Source: an uncultured Erysipelotrichaceae bacterium
GTDB lineage: Bacteria; Bacillota_I; Bacilli_A; RF39; UBA660
Direction of reading: 5' to 3'
Length of the DNA stretch: 47,637 nt
NCBI GenBank assembly: GCA_902783185.1
Contig: CACZPQ010000098.1
Span: 1-47,637, forward strand
The position numbers were made by a program, and so were the translations under genes. Below, one piece after another: positions 1 through 7,442 of the stretch; positions within the stretch are counted from its first letter, which is position 1, and each line of letters begins with the position of its first letter. The notes under the pieces are model-generated. The model worked only from the letters and a program-made list of their open reading frames with translations, ran no database searches and was not told the origin of the DNA.

Positions 1-363
1 TCTTCGTGGACAGGAAAAGTAGGACTATTTTATCCAAGTGATTATTTATATGCAACAAGTGGAGGAAACGCAACAAATAGGCAAACATGTTTAGGATTAG
101 GAATGTATACGGACTGGAGTAATTCGTCATATGCAAACTGTAAGGATAACGATTGGTTAAAACCAGCAAGCGGATATACATGGTCCTTGTCGCCTCGTGC
201 TAGCTCGTCTTACGCTGCACATGTGTTCCTTGTCATTAGCACTGGTAACGTCAACGACTACGATGCCAACGGTGCCCGCGGGGTTCGCCCAGTAGTCTTC
301 CTTAAATCTTCAATCTCCATCACCGGAGGTGATGGATCATCGACGAATCCATACATTATATGA
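1..363 (+). CDS. 3' end of a secreted/surface protein (5'-truncated by the window edge) with a C-terminal lectin-like 'GxRP' module
   Basis: Frame 1 is open from base 1 (SSWTGKVGLFYPSDYLYATSGG...) and ends at TGA 361-363. The C-terminus (...YTWSLSPR...GARGVRPVVFLK...GGDGSSTNPYII) parallels the C-terminal modules of ORFs 7443..8717 (FRPIIVF...GSGTSTDPWII) and 22527..23438 (GLRPEIIL). Confidence 0.6.
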   Translation, partial: SSWTGKVGLFYPSDYLYATSGGNATNRQTCLGLGMYTDWSNSSYANCKDNDWLKPASGYTWSLSPRASSSYAAHVFLVISTGNVNDYDANGARGVRPVVFLKSSISITGGDGSSTNPYII

Positions 364-481
364 TAAGAGAAAGTAAATATCGTAAGGAAAATATAAAAAC
401 GAAGAGGAAAAAACATTTGGGTAGACAAGAATTTCTTTCAAGAAAGACTTGCTAGGCCAAAGAGCGCGATTTTAGTTATCA

Positions 482-511
482 ATAAGTTTACATAGTGTAA
501 ACTTATTTTTA
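482..511 (+). terminator. Rho-independent terminator
   Basis: Perfect 11-bp stem ataagtttaca/tgtaaacttat with a 3-nt loop, followed by a T-run. Confidence 0.6.
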
Positions 512-558
512 TAGATAAATAAATAAAAATATGATTTAATTATTATAGGGATGATGTT

Positions 559-1407
559 ATGAAGTTAGATGAAGATAAAATATTAAAATTAACTTATGGA
601 GATAAAATATTAAATTTTTATAATATAATTATAAATAATTTTTCTGCATATGATTTAGATGATTTTATATATAATTTAAATACATTAAAAGTAGTAGTAT
701 TACAAGATAATCTTGATGCATATCCATTTTATGATTCAAGAAAAAATAAATTATATATACCAAGAAAAGGATTAAAAGATGAATATATATATCATGAATT
801 ATTTAGAATGTTATCTACATATCATTTAAAAGATGCTATATATTCGGGATTTGCTACTATTAATAAAAAGAATAATGAATCAATTGGTAAAGGTTTAAAT
901 GAAGGATATACTCAAGTTTTAGTAGATCATTATTTTAAAGATAATGAAGATACTAATAATTATTATGCTGTTGAAAAACATATTGCTTCTCATTTAGAGT
1001 CTATAATAGAACCAAAGACTATGGAAAGATATTATTTGAATTCTGATTTAGAAGATCTTGTATATGATTTAAATAGATTTAGTGAAACTAAAGAAGAAGT
1101 TACTAATTTTATTAATAATATTGATTCTATTAGTGAAGATATCAGTAATAATATTAATATTAATAGTATTAGTAATAAAATAAATGATGTATTAAGATTT
1201 TTATTAAATGAATATATTGTTAAACAAACTATGCTTTATCATAGACTATTAATAGATGATAATACTTTTAAAACTAATATAGAAAACTATTTAAAATCTA
1301 TTTCTTCACCTATATTATATAAAGATAGTACTTATCAAGTAATGTCTATTAATGATGTTGAAAATGTTTTAGGAACTAATAGTTTAGAAGTAGAAAAAAC
1401 AAGATAG
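559..1407 (+). CDS. hypothetical protein (possible degenerate zincin-like motif)
   Basis: 282-aa ORF. It contains YHELFRMLSTYH followed about 35 aa later by GLNEGYTQ, a thermolysin-like HExxH...NExxS spacing in which the second His is replaced by Arg. No other motif was recognised. Confidence 0.4.
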   Translation: MKLDEDKILKLTYGDKILNFYNIIINNFSAYDLDDFIYNLNTLKVVVLQDNLDAYPFYDSRKNKLYIPRKGLKDEYIYHELFRMLSTYHLKDAIYSGFATINKKNNESIGKGLNEGYTQVLVDHYFKDNEDTNNYYAVEKHIASHLESIIEPKTMERYYLNSDLEDLVYDLNRFSETKEEVTNFINNIDSISEDISNNININSISNKINDVLRFLLNEYIVKQTMLYHRLLIDDNTFKTNIENYLKSISSPILYKDSTYQVMSINDVENVLGTNSLEVEKTR

Positions 1408-1470
1408 AATATTGTAATTATTTATTAATTATGATAAAATTAAATCAATAATAAAGAGGGGAATAAAAGT

Positions 1471-2814
1471 ATGGAAGATTTATATATACATGACATTTTA
1501 GATTACTTTGTTAAAAAGATATGGGTAATTGGTTTAATTACCATTTTAAGTGTGTTAATTGGTTTAATATATAGTATTGGTATTAAAACACCAATGTATA
1601 AATCAACAACATCAGTAATATTAGCCTCTAACCAAACAATTACTCAAAGTGATTTAACTTTATATCAAAAATTAATTAATACATATACACAAATAGTAAC
1701 AAGTAAAAATGTAATTAATGATACTATTAAAGATTTAAGTTTAAATTATGATTATGAAGCATTAAAGAAAAATGTTAGTGTTAATGCTGTTACTGACACT
1801 GAAATCATTAAGATTGCTGTTGCTGATGAAAATGCACAAATGGCTAGAAATATATCAGATACAATAGCTAAAAACTTTAAAGAAGAAGTAGCTAATATTT
1901 ATAATCTAACAAATGTATCTGTACTTGATCAAGCAGAGGTTTCTAATACACCATATAATCATAATATAATAAAAGAAACTCTTATTTATACTGCTGTAGG
2001 TATTATATTAGGTATTGGTTTACTGTTTATTAGATATTACTTTGATAAAAATATTAAAACTAAAGAAGAAGTTGAAGAAAAAATTAAATTACCTATAATG
2101 GGTGCTGTAAGAGATTGTTTAAAGGATGTTAAAGTAACTGGTAATAAAGATGCTATATTACTAAGTGATTATCCTAAAGCAGGGTTTGTTGAAGATGTTA
2201 AAACAATAAGAACTAATTTAGATTTTTCATCTCTTGATAAAAAGATTAAAAAAATCCTTGTTACATCATCAATTCCTGGTGAAGGAAAAAGTTTTATTTC
2301 ATCTAATTTAGCTATATCTTTTGCTCAAAATAATAAAAGAGTATTATTAATGGATTGTGATTTAAGAAAAGGTATTGTTCATAAGAAATTTAATATGAAA
2401 AATATTGGTTTATCTAATTTAATTGCTAGAAATGATTTAGATAATATTAATACATATATTAATCATACTAATATTAATAATTTAGATGTTATGACAAGAG
2501 GTATTGTTCCTCCAAATCCATCGGAATTATTAAATAGTAAAATATTTGAAGCAGTACTTAAATTATTAGAACCATTTTATGATATTATAATACTTGATGG
2601 AACACCTATTACTAATTTACCAGATTCATTAATAGTATCTAGATTTGCTGATAAAACATTAGTTGTATCAACAATAGGATATACACCAATAGATCTTTTA
2701 GAAAATACTAAAAAGTCTTTAGAAAATGTTAATGCAGATATTGCTGGTGTTATAGTTAATAAAGTTCCTGTTTCAAGAGGCGGATATTACTATTCTGCAT
2801 ATAAATATGAATAA
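1471..2814 (+). CDS. fused Wzz-like chain-length modulator / BY-type tyrosine autokinase (CpsC-CpsD / YwqC-YwqD-like in one polypeptide)
   Basis: Two TM segments flank an extracytoplasmic Wzz-like region. Walker A is SSIPGEGKSF, Walker A' is LLMDCDLRKG and Walker B is IILDGTP. The C-terminal Tyr cluster is GGYYYSAYKYE. Confidence 0.85.
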   Translation: MEDLYIHDILDYFVKKIWVIGLITILSVLIGLIYSIGIKTPMYKSTTSVILASNQTITQSDLTLYQKLINTYTQIVTSKNVINDTIKDLSLNYDYEALKKNVSVNAVTDTEIIKIAVADENAQMARNISDTIAKNFKEEVANIYNLTNVSVLDQAEVSNTPYNHNIIKETLIYTAVGIILGIGLLFIRYYFDKNIKTKEEVEEKIKLPIMGAVRDCLKDVKVTGNKDAILLSDYPKAGFVEDVKTIRTNLDFSSLDKKIKKILVTSSIPGEGKSFISSNLAISFAQNNKRVLLMDCDLRKGIVHKKFNMKNIGLSNLIARNDLDNINTYINHTNINNLDVMTRGIVPPNPSELLNSKIFEAVLKLLEPFYDIIILDGTPITNLPDSLIVSRFADKTLVVSTIGYTPIDLLENTKKSLENVNADIAGVIVNKVPVSRGGYYYSAYKYE

Positions 2815-3520
2815 TTATATAGATTGTCATAGTCATATTCTATTTGGAATAGATGATGGTTCCAAGAATATAGATATGAGTTTAGAAATTATAAATAAAA
2901 TGATTAATCTAGGATTTAAAAGTATAGTATTAACTCCTCATTATATTTCTTATTATCATGCAAATAATATGATTAAAAGAGAAATATTATCTGAACTTAA
3001 TAATAAATTAAGTATGGAAGGTATAGATATTAAACTTTATTTAGCTAATGAAGTTAGAATTACATCAGATATATTAAGTTTAATTAAAAATGATGAAATA
3101 TCATTACTAGGTAATTATTTATTTTTAGAATTACCATTTGACCAAAGAATATATAATTTAGAAAATATTATATATGAATTACAATCAAATAATATAAATA
3201 TTATATTAGTACATCCAGAAAGATATGCATATCTTACTAAAGATGATTATCAAAAATTATTAGATAGTGATGTAATATTTCAAGCTAATTATGAAAGTAT
3301 AATTGGTAAATATGGATCAGGTGCTAAAAAAAGAGTTAAATATTTATTAAGTAATAAAATGATAACTTTACTTGCAACTGATGTACATAGACCAACAACA
3401 ATGATGTTTAGTCAGTGGGATAAAATAGAAAGAAAAATTAAAAAGTATGTTGGTACTGAAGAATATAAGAATTTAACATATAATAATATAAATAATATAT
3501 TAAATAGTATAAGAAGTTAA
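2807..3520 (+). CDS. PHP-family protein-tyrosine phosphatase (CpsB/YwqE-like)
   Basis: N-terminal IDCHSHILFGIDDGSK, plus LTPHY, HPERY and ATDVH metal-binding motifs. The start overlaps the kinase stop by 8 nt. Confidence 0.85.
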   Translation: MNNYIDCHSHILFGIDDGSKNIDMSLEIINKMINLGFKSIVLTPHYISYYHANNMIKREILSELNNKLSMEGIDIKLYLANEVRITSDILSLIKNDEISLLGNYLFLELPFDQRIYNLENIIYELQSNNINIILVHPERYAYLTKDDYQKLLDSDVIFQANYESIIGKYGSGAKKRVKYLLSNKMITLLATDVHRPTTMMFSQWDKIERKIKKYVGTEEYKNLTYNNINNILNSIRS

Positions 3521-3536
3521 TAACTTCTTTTTTTAA
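3511..3536 (+). terminator. Rho-independent terminator
   Basis: 8-bp stem aagaagtt/aacttctt with a 3-nt loop and a T-run. It overlaps the stop codon of the phosphatase gene. Confidence 0.6.
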
Positions 3537-3544
3537 ATTTATAC

Positions 3545-3573
3545 TTGTAATTATAAAACCTTTAATGTATAAT
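3545..3573 (+). promoter_or_regulatory. sigma-70-type promoter for dgkA
   Basis: TTGTAA (3545-3550), 17-nt spacer, TATAAT (3568-3573). Confidence 0.5.
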
Positions 3574-3606
3574 ATGAAACTGTCTTTAAAAAGGAGTTGA
3601 AATACT

Positions 3607-4008
3607 ATGGTATATGATGAAAGAAATAAGAGTAAAAGAAAGGGATTAAAAGGTATTTTATATAACTTTGTATTCTCATGGCAAGGTCTATCTTATGCAT
3701 ACACTCATGAAAAAAGTATGTGGATTCATGCAGTATTATCTTTAATTACTATTATACTAGGATTATTTCTTAATCTAAGAGGAATAGAGTGGTTAATAAT
3801 AATGATTGTTTTAGGTGCAATACTTTCAATAGAACTATTAAATACTGGTATTGAATCAGTTGTTGATATGATTACACATGATTATCATGAACTTGCTAAG
3901 GTAGCAAAAGATACAGGTAGTGCAGCAACTTTTGTAGCAACACTAATTGGTGTAATAACAATACTTTCTATATATGTTCCACATTTTATAAATTTATTAA
4001 ATAAATAA
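3607..4008 (+). CDS. dgkA: diacylglycerol/undecaprenol kinase, DgkA family
   Basis: 133 aa with three TM helices. Motifs are YAYTHEKSMWIH, SIELLNTGIESVVD and AKDTGSAA. Confidence 0.85.
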   Translation: MVYDERNKSKRKGLKGILYNFVFSWQGLSYAYTHEKSMWIHAVLSLITIILGLFLNLRGIEWLIIMIVLGAILSIELLNTGIESVVDMITHDYHELAKVAKDTGSAATFVATLIGVITILSIYVPHFINLLNK

Positions 4009-4019
4009 GGAGAATATTT

Positions 4020-5018
4020 ATGGATAATAAAATAAAATTAGATGAATCATTTATAGATAAAGAAGGTGGAGTGCTTGAATTTATTTATAATGGTACTGCA
4101 AAGAATAGTAATATTGATATTAGCAATGTTAAATATTTACTAAATAAATTTAAAAATAGAAATTTAACTTTTAGTAGTATGGAAACTAACTTAAGAATAT
4201 TAAGAACTATTTTAAGAGATTTTAATGAAGATTCATTATTTATAAGTTATGAAAATAATGATTTCATCGAAACATTAGAATATGATAATTATGAAATAAG
4301 TTATTTTTATAAAGAAGATATGAAGAACAATATGACAATAGATTATGAAAAAAGTCATGGTATTGAAGTAAAGTATGATAATAATAATATTATAAACAAT
4401 ATCGATGATATAAAATTAACAACAGATAGAATTAATACAATATTACAAGAAATGCATAGATTAAATAAAGTAAAGGAAGTAGAATTAACTGATGATAATA
4501 AACTTCTTATTGAAGTGTATAAATCATTTTATAATGAAGATCCTGATTTTAGTGATGAATTTATAAATAATAAAATACAAGCAATGATGAGTATTTTGTG
4601 TACATTTAATCTAGGTTTCACAAGTTATGACTATATTGACAAATATGGAGCATATTTTGATAAATATAGAGATGAAACACCATTTTCAATTTCACTATAT
4701 GGTACGGTAAATAATTTATTTCCGCTTGGAAAGATAACAAATGTTGAAAATCCATATTACCTAAGTAATAGAGCAGAAAAAGAAATTGCTATCATTGGTG
4801 AAACTATAAGAAATACTGAAAGTTATAAAGAAAATGAATTAGCAACATTATCTACATTTAGTAAAGTAGCATATGGTACAAATTATTCACAATATCATTT
4901 TGATGATTCAAATGATATTGCATCTCGTTCAAGTTGCCCTGTTGATAAAGTAGAATCATATTTAAAATTAGTTAAAAAAATAAATGAAAGAATAGATGTA
5001 GAAATAAAAAATATTTAA
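4020..5018 (+). CDS. hypothetical protein
   Basis: 332-aa ORF starting 11 nt after dgkA, with RBS ggag. No motif was recognised. Confidence 0.5.
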   Translation: MDNKIKLDESFIDKEGGVLEFIYNGTAKNSNIDISNVKYLLNKFKNRNLTFSSMETNLRILRTILRDFNEDSLFISYENNDFIETLEYDNYEISYFYKEDMKNNMTIDYEKSHGIEVKYDNNNIINNIDDIKLTTDRINTILQEMHRLNKVKEVELTDDNKLLIEVYKSFYNEDPDFSDEFINNKIQAMMSILCTFNLGFTSYDYIDKYGAYFDKYRDETPFSISLYGTVNNLFPLGKITNVENPYYLSNRAEKEIAIIGETIRNTESYKENELATLSTFSKVAYGTNYSQYHFDDSNDIASRSSCPVDKVESYLKLVKKINERIDVEIKNI

Positions 5019-5081
5019 AGATATTACAGTTTTTTAAATATTTTTTTATTGTAAATAATTTTAAATACTATAATATAAAAT

Positions 5082-5116
5082 AAAAAAAATCGAACAATAA
5101 AGTTCGAGTTATTTTT
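5082..5116. terminator. bidirectional hairpin terminator
   Basis: Stem tcgaac/gttcga with a 6-nt loop, flanked by an A-run on the left and a T-run on the right. It would serve both ORF 4020..5018 and the minus-strand tRNA. Confidence 0.5.
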
Positions 5117-5119
5117 ATA

Positions 5120-5164
5120 TGGTAGCGCCGGTGTGATTCGAACACACGACCCTTCGGGTATGAA
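5120..5164 (-). pseudogene. 3' half of a tRNA-Met(CAU) gene (anticodon loop to CCA), severed at the anticodon loop; attL
   Basis: The reverse complement reads TTCATAC-CCGAA-GGGTC-GTGTG-TTCGAAT-CACAC-CGGCGCT-A-CCA. tRNA-like sequence stops abruptly after 5164. Confidence 0.8.
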
Positions 5165-5239
5165 GATTTAATACATTTTTTTAAAAAGATCTTTAGTCCT
5201 TATAAAATGGGAGTTTAAGTAAAGTTATAAAAATTAAAA

Positions 5240-5279
5240 AGTATCATAAAGTATCATAACTTATCACAAGTTATCATAC
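5240..5279 (+). repeat. four tandem 10-bp repeats (agtatcataa x2, cttatcacaa, gttatcatac)
   Basis: Read directly. The helical-turn periodicity just inside attL suggests arm-type recombinase/Xis binding sites or iterons. Confidence 0.6.
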
Positions 5280-5282
5280 ATT

Positions 5283-5306
5283 TTGGCACATTTTGGGCAC
5301 ACATTT
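5283..5306 (+). repeat. two direct GGCACA(CA)TTT motifs (left arm)
   Basis: The left-arm sequence is ttggcacattt-tgggcacacattt. The same motif is duplicated at 14488-14514. Confidence 0.6.
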
Positions 5307-5413
5307 AATATTATTTAAATGGTAAAGAAAAAAAGCAAGGTAATAATTATCAAGATTTTGTATGAGTAAGTTTGAATATAAACTTGCTCATTTTTTTATG
5401 AAAGGAGAATATA

Positions 5414-5839
5414 ATGGATAAATTTAATATAAGAAAAATAGAAGGATATACAATTATGTCTAATTACCATTTACGAGATCAGAATTTATCACATGCTGCA
5501 AGAGGTTTATTATCCTTTATGTTATCACTACCAGATAATTGGGATTATTCATTTTCTGGTTTGGTAACAATCAGTAAAGAGGGTAAGGCAGCAATAAGAA
5601 CTATGATAAATGAATTAAAGATGGCAAAATACATTAAAATTAATCGTTATAGGAATGAAAAAGGATATTTTCAATACAATTATGATGTTTTTGAAATACC
5701 CTTTGATATGGACTTAAAAATGTATAATCATCCAACACCCGATTATCGGACTACCGATCATCGGACGTCCGAAAATCAGCAACAAATAAATACTAATAAA
5801 CAAATAGATAAAAAAGACATTTACTTTTTCATATTTTAA
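5414..5839 (+). CDS. helix-turn-helix (HTH_36/DnaD-like N-terminal) replication-organiser-like protein
   Basis: The motif MSNYHLRDQNLSHAARGLLSFMLSLPDNWDYSFSGLVTISKEGKAAIRTMINELKMAKYI matches the pattern typical of phage/ICE replication-initiator N-domains. RBS aaaggag. Confidence 0.6.
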   Translation: MDKFNIRKIEGYTIMSNYHLRDQNLSHAARGLLSFMLSLPDNWDYSFSGLVTISKEGKAAIRTMINELKMAKYIKINRYRNEKGYFQYNYDVFEIPFDMDLKMYNHPTPDYRTTDHRTSENQQQINTNKQIDKKDIYFFIF

Positions 5840-5990
5840 TTTTAAAAAAAATCCTTTCTTTTTTTTTTTTTTAATTCAGTGCAATAATACACATTTCAAA
5901 TTTACACTTTTACATCTAAATCACCACACTATCTTTAATCAAAACAAAAATATACCATTTTTCAAAAAAATAAAAGCAAGTATAACTTGC

Positions 5991-6419
5991 TTACTTTTTA
6001 CATGCATAATTTATTAATAAATTGTAATCGTCAGATATATATATATCATTTACATCCTGTGTGGTATGACAAAGAATAACAAATAAATTTTCTTGAATAG
6101 TATATAGTTGAGAACCACCATCATTCATATTTTTAGCATCATTATTTTCTATCAATTTATCTATACTTGTTTTTTTATTGATAAGATTATTTTTTAAATT
6201 ATCGTCTTTATATATAATATTGTCATTGGAAATATATATATTTTTATCATTATTATATTTCATAACGAAAGTAAAAATATTTTTACTTTCCGTGTTATTG
6301 TTTGATTTCAGATTAGAACATGCTGATGAAACTAATAAAAAATTAACGATAAAAATTACAAAAAAATAATTTTTTATCACATTTTTTTTGTTTTTTATAA
6401 GAGTCGTATTTTCTTTCAT
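5991..6419 (-). CDS. small secreted protein / putative lipoprotein
   Basis: N-terminal hydrophobic segment followed by LLVSSAC, a lipobox-like sequence. Confidence 0.5.
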   Translation of the reverse strand: MKENTTLIKNKKNVIKNYFFVIFIVNFLLVSSACSNLKSNNNTESKNIFTFVMKYNNDKNIYISNDNIIYKDDNLKNNLINKKTSIDKLIENNDAKNMNDGGSQLYTIQENLFVILCHTTQDVNDIYISDDYNLLINYACKK

Positions 6420-6561
6420 ACTATCACCGTATTCATTATATAATACTATTATTTACTTTTCAACTTCTAAATTATTTTTTTCTACAATAGTTTTATTTCT
6501 TAAAACGGATTATAATCAAGATCACTTTGATTTAAATTTATAAATCCAGTAATAATTTGAT

Positions 6562-7008
6562 TTATAATTTTTTATAACACAAGTCATCTATAGATATTTT
6601 AAATTCTTTAGAATATTTATATAAGTTATTTATTGATATTAAACAAGCACCTTTCTCATATTTAGCAATAGCTGGTTGAGTTATATTTAAAATATTTGCA
6701 ACATTCTCTTGTGATAAATTATTTTTTAATCTAATACGTTTTAAATTATTGCCAAGTAAAGTATGATTAAATTGTTTTTGAACATTATTACTTTTTCTAT
6801 TATTTGTAAGATTTAAAATATAATCTATACTATAACCAAAATAATTAGCAAACTTACATAGATATTTAAGTGGAATAATACTTATACCGCATTCATACAT
6901 AGAATATGTGGAACGGCTTATTCCTAAAACTTTAGCAATATTGTTTTGATTTATGTCATGATCTTCCCTAATTTCCTTTAATCTATCAAAATTTATCAAT
7001 GTGATCAC
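6562..7008 (-). CDS. XRE-family repressor with two tandem HTH domains
   Basis: Two copies of the HTH_3 pattern: NQNNIAKVLGISRSTYSMYECG and LSQENVANILNITQPAIAKYEKG. It is divergent from the + strand block of the element. Confidence 0.8.
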   Translation of the reverse strand: MITLINFDRLKEIREDHDINQNNIAKVLGISRSTYSMYECGISIIPLKYLCKFANYFGYSIDYILNLTNNRKSNNVQKQFNHTLLGNNLKRIRLKNNLSQENVANILNITQPAIAKYEKGACLISINNLYKYSKEFKISIDDLCYKKL

Positions 7009-7115
7009 CTATATTAATTTTCCCATTAAAAAAAAATTATTATAAAAAATGCTTATATTAGTTATATTTTTTTGCTGATTTGTGTTATAATAGAAATGAG
7101 AAATGGGTGTTTTAA

Positions 7116-7421
7116 ATGGAAATTGAAGAAGTATTTGTATATTTATTGGTAATTTGTGTAAGTTTGGTTATACTTATATTACTTTGTTATATTTTAGGTG
7201 AATGTATAAAATTTTTATTAAATATATTTCCTAAAAAAGAGATTGTTAATGAATATAAAAATCAACCACGAGTAAAATTATTAAGAGAAATTGAAAAGTT
7301 AAGACAATTATATAATAATAGTGATATTGAATTACAAAAAATGAGAGATAAATATGAAAAGAATTGTAAAGAATTGGATTATTTTAAATCAATTGTTATA
7401 AACAACAAAAAAAATAAGTAA
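7116..7421 (+). CDS. small membrane protein with a coiled-coil tail
   Basis: One N-terminal TM helix followed by a charged helical region. Confidence 0.4.
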   Translation: MEIEEVFVYLLVICVSLVILILLCYILGECIKFLLNIFPKKEIVNEYKNQPRVKLLREIEKLRQLYNNSDIELQKMRDKYEKNCKELDYFKSIVINNKKNK

Positions 7422-7442
7422 TTTAATTTTTGGGAGTGTTAT

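Noticed and set aside
5091-5107. CGAAC-aataaa-GTTCG looked like a Firmicute LexA (Cheo) box near the island.
   Set aside because: The spacer is 6 nt, not 4. The inverted repeat is flanked by A and T runs and fits better as the bidirectional terminator hairpin of the tRNA and ORF 4020..5018.
6178-6369. 63-aa plus-strand ORF, together with 11443..11649, 12994..13239, 13508..13711 and 13758..13988 on the island.
   Set aside because: All overlap better-supported genes on the opposite strand or frame (lipoprotein, XRE-TM protein, xis, int) and encode Leu/Phe/Ile-rich low-complexity products typical of AT-rich noise.
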